From positions 255,132,001-255,196,000 of the forward strand of contig NC_086097.1 of NCBI RefSeq assembly GCF_963921235.1: a stretch of DNA of 64,000 nucleotides, read 5' to 3'. The notes beneath the pieces were generated by a model. It made no database searches. It had not been told where the DNA came from and was given only the letters and a program-made list of their open reading frames with translations. This DNA is from Mobula hypostoma (lineage: Eukaryota). Positions 10,421-21,035 of the stretch are shown here, one piece after another (the first letter of the stretch is position 1; each line of letters opens with the position of its first letter). The position numbers were made by a program, and so were the translations under genes.

Positions 10421-11427
10421 ACGGTCTTATCCCACTTGTGTAGCTCAGCTAAAGTGCTATTTGCTGCTCATCTGTGAACTAGCGCAGGCCTGGAATACAA
10501 TCTTCATCTTTCCGCATGAGAGTGCTGCTTGGTCCCTGAAATCGAAGGTGTGGATGTGCATTCAGTATTCCAGAGAACGTAAATATGGCCTGAACCGGGA
10601 CGGAACACTTGGTAAGCAGGTTTGCAGTATTGTCAGTGTCTTTTCCTGCTTTGATGGACGTGACACGGTCAGGCCCTCCAGTGATGCTAAACTGCGGGCA
10701 GTCACCATTTTCTTTACTGAGCTGCCAGTTGGCTGTAATTATCGTATATTGCCAGCCGACGTTGCACCGAGCAAGACAGTAATGTCTGCTGTGAGAATGC
10801 TCTCTGCGTTAGCCGTGTAGAATTACACCGGTATGTTCCAGTGAAGATGGAAGTTTTCCGTCTGCAACAAGAGGTATATCCGATGGCGATCGCTTTTGTT
10901 AATGAAGGAGTTCTGGTTCTTCCTCATCAGGTCCTGGTCGGATCGTAAGGATACCCAAAACTGAATGTGGAAACGATGATAACTGTAGAGTTGTTCACTA
11001 TGTTTGGGGGGAGAGGGGACATTTTTACTGAGCTGAATATGCTTCTTCAGGAATGTTGGTCGTTTGGAAGTTAACGGAAACCAATCATTTTATTGTTTTC
11101 CATATCAATGTACAAAATTAATTTAGACCTGGTTCGAAATCGCAATATTTAACCCGGGATCCCAGCACCAGCTCCTATAGCAGTACATGGTCCAAAACAC
11201 CACAAGGATAATTTTCCTCAGCCTGTTGAATCAATTCCAGTTTCCGCAGTTTCAAATCGAAATCAGGACTGAACTCCAAACTGTGTGTATTTCTAGATGT
11301 TAGATGTGTCAGAGTTTCTGTTTTTCCTTCGCCCTTCTCGTATGTTGGGCTGTCGTTGCAGGCATGCAATGGTGCTGGAGGCGCAGGGCGAAGAGAAGGA
11401 TGTGAGGTAACTTGCTCAGTGTTCCCG

Positions 11428-11472
11428 TCGCTTTGCATGCGGGAGGTAGCGATATCATGGCCGCGGACTCCG
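11428..11472 (+). pseudogene. 3' remnant of tRNA-Ala (also at ~3678-3722, 8950-8994, 14215-14260)
   Basis: TCGCTTTGCATGCGGGAGGTAGCG...CTCC aligns, with flanks, to the Ala copies at 47041 and 49072; D arm lost. Confidence 0.6.
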
Positions 11473-11767
11473 TTGATGTTTTGGATGCAGAAACACGCCT
11501 GTCGTTAAATTGCCGTGTCGCCTGTCGGTGCAGGAAGGATGAGAGAGAAAGGGAGGAAAAGATGTCATTTACTGCAAAGGTGAAAGTGTTGTGTCAAGCC
11601 GGTTAGTATGGAGTGTAGAGTAAAAGACAACTAACAAATGGTGCTGAATTGAACGGTGGGCTTCAGCTTGGGAGTGAGTGATAAATCAGGTAAGCGGTAA
11701 GAACCAGGTGCAGGGTGAAAGAAGGCAGCTGGCAAGGAGTGCATAAGAATCGGGTAAAGGATCCCAG

Positions 11768-11840
11768 CGAGCCAGGTAGAAGTCGAACCTACAATCTTCT
11801 GATCCGTAGTCAGACGAGTTGTCCATTGCGCCACTGGCCC
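11768..11840 (-). pseudogene. tRNA-Arg (ACG), probably impaired
   Basis: 73-nt copy with C61>T and a D-stem G>T change. Confidence 0.75.
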
Positions 11841-11953
11841 ACACAGGGTAGAACTCTGGACAGCTTCAAATGGCAGTGTGCTGCAGGCGATAGACAGAGC
11901 TCTGTAACTGCTTGCCCTTGATGGCAACCGCCCATGTAGATCGCAGTCGGCTT

Positions 11954-12038
11954 CCCTACAAAGTTCAGTTTGTAGAGTGAAGGACTGTGTCAGAAATGTG
12001 TCGTCATTCGGTCGCTGCTTCAATTCTGGTTCCAACGA
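11954..12038 (+). pseudogene. Degenerate tRNA-Tyr pseudogene (unit D)
   Basis: Homologous to 2135-2219. Confidence 0.68.
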
Positions 12039-12371
12039 TCGGTTTCTCTTACATCAGGCAGATCATCAATCGTCTATCACTGAGCTACTCGGCGGCATGG
12101 GACTCGGCTCATTCGTGATCGGACATGTGAGCAAATAGAGTTCAAAACAATCAAATCACAAAACACAAGGATAGCTTATCAGAAGCTCGCATTCCAGAGC
12201 GGTACGGCGTCACACACGCGGCCCCAGCAGTACCAGCACTCGCACACTTGATTGGTCTCCAAGGGAAGGAAGGTAGAAGGCGACTGTGCAACAATACACG
12301 TTATCGGAAAGGCACCGCGATAACTTTCTGCAAGTCTGTGTTGGCAACCCTGAGCAGTCAATCTCAGTTCA

Positions 12372-12402
12372 GCAGTTCCAAATCCACACCAGCAGGTGGT
12401 GC
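12372..12402 (+). promoter_or_regulatory. CTCF-like site with upstream module
   Basis: GCAGTTCC followed after a short spacer by CCAGCAGGTGGTGC. Confidence 0.6.
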
Positions 12403-13117
12403 CATGATCCCAAGTTTCGGCACACGGTTTCGGTCACCCCAAGAAGCAAAGCCGTCTTATCACAGTGCGTTACGTCTTCTTCCAGTTGTGTAGCTCAACT
12501 AAGGTGTTACTTACCGCACATCTGTGAACTAGCGCAGGACTGGAATGCAGTCTTCATCTTTCCGCATTAAAGTGCTGCTTGCACTCTGAAATCGAAGAGG
12601 TAGATGTTCATTCAGTATTCCAGCGAACGTGAATATGGCCCGGACCGGGAGGGAGCACTTGGTAAGCAGGTTTGCAGTATTGTCAGTGTCTTTTCCTGCT
12701 TTGATGGACATGGACAATGTCAGGCCCTCCAGTGATGGTGGACTGTAGGCAGTCACCGTTTTCTTTACTGAGCTGCCAGTTCGCTGTCGTTATCGTATAT
12801 TGCCAGCCGACGTTGCACCGAGCAAGATAGTAATGTCTGCTTTCTATGCTAGCTGTGTAGAATTACACCGGTATGTTCCGGTGAAGATGGAAATTTTCCA
12901 TCTGCAACAACAAGTATATCCGATGGTGATCGCTTTTATTAGTGAAGGAGTTCTGGTTCTTCCACATCAGGTCCCGGTCGGATCGTAAAGATACCCAAAA
13001 CTGAATGTAGAAACGGTGCTAACTGTAGAGTTGTTCACTATGTTTGGCTGGAGAGGGGACATTTCTACTGATCGGAATATGCATCTTCAGGAATATTGGT
13101 CGTTTGGATGTTAACAG

Positions 13118-13858
13118 TGTTTTGAATCAGCAGCAATTGAGATGAATATGAGTCGAGCTTTTATAAAATAAACAACGATATTTATTGATCTCTACTCAAA
13201 TAAAGAAATGGAACAGTAGACGAACGATTGACTTAAACGCATGTTAACAGCGTTATGTTTCTATAGTTATCAAACGGTGGAACTTAAAGACAATTCTCAA
13301 CAGATCCCATTTAAGCACAGTCTTCAGGTGGTAGTTTAATAAGTCCATATGATTTCTGAAATAACTGACAGGAGAGAATTCCCGAACCTTGCGATGAAGA
13401 AAATTCGAAACTGCTGACGCCGGTTCCAGCCGAGAAATACCTTTTCCGAAGTTATGACGCAGAATACAAGTTCTCAACGTTACTGACCTTTCTGTCGGAA
13501 GTGGTCAGAACACAATGCCCAGACCGTGTAAGGGTTAACAAAACGTGCGTGCCACGTACGGACGGTTCCAAATGTCAGTCACACCGGTAATGCGCCGAAT
13601 GCCGCTGGTGAACCCCAATCCCTCTGGGGTTCTTCCGGATTCCTCACTCTCACTCTCTCATCTTTCCGCTGGCGTAGCTACCAACGGTGAGTTCCCACCA
13701 AAACGAACTACGCAACGACTGCGGTCTCCCCTTATATACCAGTTGGAACATGCCAGCACGTGAATTCACATCACCGCACTATCACAAGACAATTACATCA
13801 TTCTAATGGCACAAGACCATTACATCATATTCACGAGATACTGACAGGATATGTAACA
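13118..13858 (-). mobile_element. Solo LTR (family 3), 741 bp, uninterrupted
   Basis: TGT...ACA ends; minus-strand TATATAA and AATAAA in LTR-like order; same insertion site as 5588-8625. Confidence 0.82.
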
Positions 13859-14416
13859 AGGGAACCCAATCATTTCATTGTAGGTTTCCATATAAATGTG
13901 CAAAACAAATTTAAACCTGGTTAGGTATGGCAACATTCAACCCAGGATCTCAACACCAGCTCCTATAGCAGTACATTGTCCAAAACTCCACAAGGATGAC
14001 TTTCTTCAGTCTGTTGAATCAATACCAGTTTCCGCAGTTTCAAATCCAAACCAGGAGTGAGTTCCAAACTGTATGTATTTCTAGATGTTAGATGTGTGAG
14101 AGTTTCTGTTTTTTCTTCGCCCTTCTCGTATGCTGGGCTGTCTTTGCAAGCATGCAATGGTGCTGGGGGCGCAGAGCGAAGAGAAGGGTGTGAGGTATCT
14201 TACTCAGTGTTCCCGTCGCTTGGCATGCGGGTGGTAGCGATATCATGTCCGCAGACTCCGTTGATGTTTCGGATACAGAGGCACGCCTGTCATTAAATTG
14301 CTGTGTCGTCTGTCGGTGCAGGAAGGATGAGAGAGAAAGGGGGGAAAAGGTGTTTTTTACTGCAAAGGTGAAAATGTTGTGTCAAGCCGGCTTGTTTGAA
14401 TTTAGTGTAGAGTAAA

Positions 14417-15263
14417 TTGCAGTAGATTGCAGAGAGACATTGATAGGATGCAGAAGTGGGCTGAGAAGTGGCAGATGGAATTCAACCCGGAGAAGTGTGA
14501 GGTGGTACATTTTGGAAGGACAAACTCCAAGGAAGAGTACAAAGTAAATGGCAGGATACTTGGTAGTGTGGAGGAGCAGAGGGATCTGGGGGTACATGTC
14601 CACAGATCCCTGAAAGTTGCCTCACAGGTGGATAGGCTGGTTAAGAAAGCTTATGGGGTGTTAGCTTTCATAAGTCGAGGGATAGAGTTTAAGAGTCGCG
14701 ATGTAATGATGCAGCTCTATAAAACTCTGGTTAGGCCACATTTGGAGTACTGTGTCCAGTTCTGGTTGCCTCACTGTAGGAAGGATGTGGAAGCATTGGA
14801 AACAGTACAGAGGAGATTTACCAGGATGCTGCCTGGTTTAGACAGTATACATTATGATCAGAGATTAAAGGAGCTAGGGCTTTACACTTTGGAGAGAAGG
14901 AAGATGAGAGGAGACATGATAGAGGTGTACAAGATAATAAGAGGAATAGATAGAGTGGATAGCCAGCGCCTCTTCCCCAGGGCACCACGGCTCAATACAA
15001 GAGGACATGGCTTTAAGGTAAGGGGTGGGAAGTTCAAGGGGGATATTAGAGGAAGGTTTTTCACTCAGAGAGTGGTTGGTGCGTGGAATGCACTGCCTGA
15101 GTCAGTGGTGGAGGCAGATACACTCGTGAAGTTTAAGAGACTACTAGACAGGTATATGGAGGAATTTATGGTGGGGGGGGTTGTATAGGAGGCAGGGTTT
15201 AATGGTCAGCATAACATTGTGGGCCGAAGGGCCTATACTGTGCTGTACTATTCTATGTTCTAT
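14417..15263 (+). mobile_element. 5'-truncated CR1 LINE
   Basis: ORF 14427..15188 (KWQMEFNPEKC, RPHLEYCVQFW); (TTCTATG)n tail; TSD GTAAA. Confidence 0.95.
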
Positions 15264-15411
15264 GTAAAAGGCTACTGGCAGACGGTGCTGAATTGAACGG
15301 TGGGCTACAGCTTGGGAGTGAGTGATAAATCAGGTAAGGGGTTAGAACCAGGTGCAGGGTGAAAGAAGGCAGCTGGCAAGGAGTGCATAAGAATCGGGCA
15401 AAGGATCCCAG

Positions 15412-15484
15412 CGAGCCAGATAGGAGTCGAACCTACAATCTTCTGATCCGTAGTCAGACGCGTTCTCCATTGCGCCACTGGCCC
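15412..15484 (-). tRNA. tRNA-Arg (ACG), near intact
   Basis: One change from units A/C (C65>T, giving a G-U pair in the T stem). Confidence 0.85.
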
Positions 15485-15608
15485 ACACAGGGTAGAACTC
15501 TGGACAGCTTCAAATGGCAGTGTGCTGCAGGCGATAGACGTAGATCTGTAACTGCTTGCCCTGAATATTGATGGCAACCGCCCATGTGCAGTCGATTACA
15601 GTCGGCTT

Positions 15609-15693
15609 CCCTGCAACGTTCAGTTTGTAGAGTGAAGGACTGTGTCAGAAATGTATCGTCATTCGGTCGCTGCTTCAATTCGGGCTCCAACGA
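15609..15693 (+). pseudogene. Degenerate tRNA-Tyr pseudogene (unit E)
   Basis: Homologous to 2135-2219. Confidence 0.68.
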
Positions 15694-16034
15694 TCGGTTC
15701 CTCTTTCATTAGGCAGATCATCAATCGTGTATCAGTGGGCTTCTCGGCGGCATGGGACTACGCTCATTACTGTTCCGACATGTGACCAGATGGATTTCAA
15801 AACCACCAAATCACAAAACACCCAAGCATAGCTTATCAGAAGCTCGCATTCCAGAGCGGTACGGCGTCACACACGCGGCTCTGGCAGTTACTACTCGCAT
15901 ACTCGATCTCCAGGGGAAGGGAAGGCTGAACTCGCACCTTCACAGCAACTGTGCAACGCGTTGTCGGAAAGGCACCGAGTTAACTTTCTGCAAGTCTGAG
16001 TTGCCAGCCCTGAGCAGTCAGTCTCGGTTCAACG

Positions 16035-16116
16035 GCTCCAAGTCCGCATCAGCAGGTGGTGCCATGATCTGAAGTTTCTGTGTGCATGGGACCACCTGCT
16101 GATGTGGACCTGGAGC
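16035..16116. repeat. 32-bp inverted repeat, 18-nt spacer
   Basis: 16035-16066 versus 16085-16116, 3 mismatches; both arms contain the CTCF-like core. Confidence 0.9.
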
Positions 16117-17399
16117 AAAGATACCTTTGCCGCATTGTGTTAGTCTTATCGCAGCTGTGCAGCTGACCTGAGGTGTTACTTGCTGCTCATCTGTGTACTG
16201 GCACAGGCCTGGACCTCAATCTTCATCTTTCCGCATGAGAGTTTCTTTTTGGGCTCGGCAATCGAGTAGGTAGATATGCATTCAGTGTTACAGCGAACGT
16301 AAATATGGCTTTCTCCGGGAGGGAGCACTTGGTTAAGCACGTTTGCAGTATTGCCAGTGACCGTGGTGTCTTTTCCGGCCCTTCATGGACACGGGCATGG
16401 GTAGGTCCTCCAGTGATGGTGGACTGCAGCCAGTTACCTCTTTTGTTACTGAGCTGACTGTCGCTGTAGTTTACGTATATTGTCAGAGTACGCTGCACCA
16501 AACAAGACAGAGATGGCTGCTGTGAGAATATTGTCTATGCCAGCTGTATAGAATTAAACCAGTATGTTCCGATGAAGATGGGATTTTAGCATCTGCACCA
16601 AGAAATATATCCTACGGCGATCGCTTTTGTTCATGAAGGAGTTCTGGTTCTTCCACATCAGGTCCTGGTCGGATCGTAAGGATACCCAAAACGGAATGCA
16701 GCAACGGTGCTAACTGTAGAGTTGTTGACTATGTCTGGGTGGAGCGGGGACATTTCTACCGAGTTGAATATGCATCTTCAGGGATATTGGTCGTTTGGAT
16801 GTCAATCTGAATCGGAATCGCAACATTTAACCCCAGATCTCAATATCAGCTCCTATAGCAGTTATGTTATCCACAAAAACATAAGGGCAACATTCTTCAG
16901 CCTGTAGAATGAACGCCAGTTTCGGGAGTTTCGAATCCACACCAGTGGAGAGCTCAGAAATGTCTGCAGTCAGTGAAGTCAGAGTTGTGAGAGTTTCTGT
17001 TGTTTTAGTTCATCCTCGTATGTTGGGCTGTACTTGCAGGCATGGAAGGGTATGAGGCAAATTGCTCGGTGTTCCCGTGGTTTCACATGCGAGTGCCAGC
17101 GAAGTCATCCTGCTCTGATTTTTGTATTCAGAGGGACGCATGTGATAAAATTGCTGCGTCAATTGAAGGTGCAGGGAAAGCGGGAAGAAATGGTGTCAGT
17201 TACTGCAAAGAAGAAAATCTGTTAGGCTGGCTTGTTTTAGTGGAGAGATGAGAAATGTCAGTTCGTGCTTAATCGAAGGGCGACATTCTGCAGAGGAGTC
17301 AGCGATGAATCCGGTAAATTTGAAGAAGGCAATTGTCCCGGACACAGTGTGAAATATGGCAGCTTGCAAGTATTGCATAAGATTGGCAACGGAAGTCAA

Positions 17400-17470
17400 C
17401 GAGCCAGCTAGGAGTCGAACCTCCCGTCTCTTGACCCGTACTCAGGCGATTTAACCATTGCCCAACTTGA
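17400..17470 (-). pseudogene. tRNA-Arg pseudogene (unit F)
   Basis: Retains CGAGCCAG..AGGAGTCGAACCT and the ACG anticodon on minus strand; other stems degraded. Confidence 0.75.
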
Positions 17471-17583
17471 AGCATTGTCCAGCTGCAAGTGGCAAGGTGC
17501 TGCAGGAGGTCGACAGGCAGCTGTAACAGGTTTCCATAAACATTGTCGACAAGGGTGAATGTGGTAAGCTTGCTCTCGTCTTT

Positions 17584-17661
17584 TCTTTGATAGGTCAGCT
17601 GGTAGAGCGAAGGACTGTATTCGGAAATGTTCGGTCGGTGCTTCAAGTCCAGTTCCAATGA
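17584..17661 (+). pseudogene. tRNA-Tyr pseudogene (unit F)
   Basis: GATAGGTCAGCTGGTAGAGCGAAGGACTGTA retains the Tyr 5' half and GTA. Confidence 0.75.
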
Positions 17662-18012
17662 TCGCTTCTTTTATTGCGCAATCATCAATTCGTATCACAT
17701 GGCTTCTCGGTGGCATAGGATTGCACTGAAAACTGCTTCGATACGTGACCAGAAGGAATTCAGAAACGTCAAACCAGACAATATATAGGCATAGCTTATC
17801 AATGGCTCGCATATCGGACCGCTATGTTTTCACATATACTGCTCCGGTAGTACCACCACTCTCACATTTGATTGGTCTCCAAGCAACAGGAAGATAGAAC
17901 TCTTGCCCTCATATCACGTGTACCACAGTAGAGATTGCCAGAAAGCCACCGAGATAGCTTTCTCCGTTTGAGTGGACAGCCTTTAGCAGTCACTTTAAGT
18001 TCAGCGGTTCCA

Positions 18013-19525
18013 AAGGAGTAGAAGTAGGCCATCGAGTCTGCTCCGCCATTCAATCATCGGCTGATCCAATACTTCCAGTCATCCCCACTCCCCTGCCTTC
18101 TCCCCATACCCTTTCATGCCCTGGCTAATCAAGAATCTATCTTTCTTTGCCTTAAATACACCCAATGACTTGGCCTCCACAGCCGCTCGTGGCAACGAAT
18201 TCCGCAGATTTACCACCCTCTGACTAAAGTAATTTCTCCCCATCTCAGTTCTAAAAGGACGTCCTTCAGTCCTGAAGTCGTGCCCTCTTGTCCCAGAATC
18301 CCCTACCATGGGAAATAACTTTGCCATATCTAATCTGTTCAGGCCTTTTAACATTCGGAATGATTCTTTGAGATTCTCCTCCCCCTCCCCCATTCTCTTG
18401 AACTCTAAGGAATACAGACCAAGAGCTGTCAAACGTTCCTGATACAGTAACCCTTTCATTCTTGGAATCATTCTCGTGAATCTTATCTGAACCCTCTCCA
18501 ATGTCAGTATATCCTTTCTAATATAAGGAGCCCAAAACTGCACACAATGCTCCAAGTGTGGTCTCATGAGTGCCTTATAGATCCTCACCATCACATCCCT
18601 GCTGTTATATTCTATACCTCTAGAAATGAATGCCAACATTGCACTCGCCTTCTTCACAACCGACTCAACCCGGAGGTCAACCTTTAGGGAATCCTGCACA
18701 AGGACTCCCAAGTCCCTTTGCAACTCTGCATATGAATTCTGAATAATAGTCTGCCCGTTTATTTCTTCCACCGAAGTGCATGACCATACACTTTCCAACA
18801 TTGTAGTTCATTTGCCACTTCTTTGCCAATTCCCCTAAGCTATCTAAATCTCTCTGCAGGCTCTTTGTTTCTTCGACATTACCTGCTCCTCCACCTATCT
18901 TTGTATCATCAGGAAATTTAGCAACAAACCCAGTAATGCCATAGTTGAAATCATTGACATACATCGTAAAAAGCAACAGTCCTAACACCGACCCCTGTAG
19001 AACTCCACTGGTAACTGGCAGCCAGACAGAATAGGATCCATTTATTCCCACTCTCTGTTTTCTGCTGACCAGCCAATTCTCCACTCACACTAGTAAATTC
19101 CCTGTAATTCCATGGGTTCTTATCTTGCTAAGCAGCCTCCTGTGCAGCACCTTGTCAATGGCCTTCTGAAAATCCAAGTACACCATATCTACTGCATCTC
19201 CTTTGTCTACCCTGCTTGTAATTTCCTCAATGAATTGAAGTAGGCTTGTCAGGCAGCATTTTCCTTTCAGGAAACCATGTGACTCCAGGTACTCCATAAT
19301 CTCATCTTTAACAATTGATTCCAACAACTTCTCAACCACTGATGTCAGGCTAACAGATCTAGAGTTTCCTTTCAGTTGCCTTCCACCCTTCTTAAACAGC
19401 AGAGCAAGGTTTGCAATTTTCCAGTCATCTGGTACAATGCCAGAATCTATCCCTCCCTGTCCTTTCTGAAACAACTAAAGCCTGGCACTTGAAGTTACCA
19501 TTCCTGCCCCTGAGCCATCTGTAAT
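18013..19525 (-). mobile_element. CR1 LINE fragments (RT, 3' UTR, short APE piece)
   Basis: ORFs 18079..18801, 18677..19084 and 19085..19474 carry CR1 RT motifs. Confidence 0.92.
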
Positions 19526-20650
19526 TGTTATGGTCTGGTTTGTGAAGTCTGCATTCTAGCTCACGGTTCGATCCATCGATCCTTATTCCAGGTTTTCTGG
19601 TTTTCCCTTGTTCTGTTGGGGTGCCTTAATTGAGGCACCTGATTCTCATTTTGGGCTGGTTACATAAATAGCTCCTGGGTTCAGCTTCATTGGCTGGACC
19701 ATTCCCTTCCCCTTCCTTCAGAAGCCTTGCCTGCAACCTTCACCTAAAGCATTGCCTGCAACCTCGCTTGCATTCTCGCCTGTAATGCCATCAAGTTCAA
19801 CCGCCAGAGCAAGACCGGGGCCTTGCTGTGTCAAGACAAGGAACAGTCTGTCATTGTTTGGAACTGTTTCTTCATGCCCTCGCCTTGGCTAGGTAGGTCC
19901 GGCCATTTACCGCTACCTTGTGTTGGGAACTGTCTCTTTGTGTCCTCGCCGCCGCTGGGTAGGTCAGGCCATTTCCCGCTACCCTGAGTGGAGAACTGTC
20001 TCTTTGTGTTCAGTGTTCCGTGTATAGCAAGAGCCCGGGCCCTTGGTCCTGTTCCCAAGAAGGGGTTCTGGCTCTGTGTGCTGTGTACAAGTCCCGGCCC
20101 TATGTCCTGCTGTCAAGGAGGGGTCCCGGCTCTGTGTTCCATGTTCCTGTGTTCAAGTCCAAGGCTCCGTGTTTCACATGCTCAAGACCAAGGCTCTGAG
20201 GTTCCTGAGTTCCAAGTCCAAGGCTCCGAGGTTCCTGTCTCCCATGACCAAGTCAAGGCTTCGTGTTCTCATCCTGTCCATGTGCCTCGCCCAGCCCAGG
20301 AGTGCCTCGCCCAGCCCAGGAGTGCCTCGCACAGCCCAGGAGTACATCACCCAACCCGGTGCTTTAGTTCCCTCATCCTGTCCTGTAGCCATGTCTTGTC
20401 CTAGCCTAAACCCGGATTCCGGTTCCGAGTCAAGACCCAGGTTCCGGGTCCTTGTCCAGGCTCTAGGTCTAGAGTCCCGTGTCCCTAGTCCAGGCTCATT
20501 GTTCCTAGTTCCTTGTCCGCATTCTGTGTTTCTTGTCCACATCCTAACCCAGGCCCTGCATCCTAGTCTCATCCAGGGCCTAGGTCAATGTCCAGCGTCT
20601 TTTCTTCCCCACTTCCCTTGCTTTCTTGACACTCTGAGTCCTGTTCCTAA
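19526..20650. mobile_element. LTR-like repeat (family 1), right end truncated
   Basis: Starts TGTTATGG; similar to 1-790 and 54921-55993. Confidence 0.72.
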
Positions 20651-20654
20651 CTGG

Positions 20655-21035
20655 CATCCATACTTCTTCCCTGCATCCACAGAATCGCCTGTCTGACCCA
20701 CCTAACTATAGAGTCCCCTATCATTACTGCCTTCCTCTTCCTTATCCTACCCTTCTGAGGCACAGGGCCAGACTCTGTGCCAGGGGCACAGCCACTGTTG
20801 CTTCCCATAAGCAGGCCGTTCCCCTGGACAGTACTCAAGCAGAAGTACTTATTGTCAAGGGTTACAGCCACTGGGTTACTCTCTAGGATCTGATTCCTGC
20901 CCTTCTGTCTCCTGATTGTTACCCACTGATCTGTCTCCCGAGGTCCCGGTAGGACTACCTGCCTATAGCTCCTCTCTATCACCTCCTCACTCTCCCTGAC
21001 CAGACAAAGGTCATCGAGCTACATCTCCAGAGAAC
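20655..21035 (-). mobile_element. CR1 ORF1 fragment
   Basis: ORF 20647..20982 ending in AVMIGDSIVR (esterase block I). Confidence 0.85.

Larger units (their letters stand above)
1841..18012. repeat. Tandem array of ~2.1-kb tRNA units (five young units A-E plus older unit F), interrupted by TEs
   Basis: Recurring Ala-remnant / Arg / Tyr-remnant / CTCF-like / L2-fossil order. Arg copies start at 1943, 4255, 9293, 11768, 15412 and 17400. Confidence 0.92.

Noticed and set aside
13440..13460. Resemblance to 28S rRNA (TAACTTCGG..AAGG on minus strand)
   Set aside because: Very short match that does not extend; within the LTR.
13253..13477. Repeated 74-aa ORF (also 5724..5948)
   Set aside because: Lies inside a duplicated solo LTR, non-ATG start, no recognisable domain.
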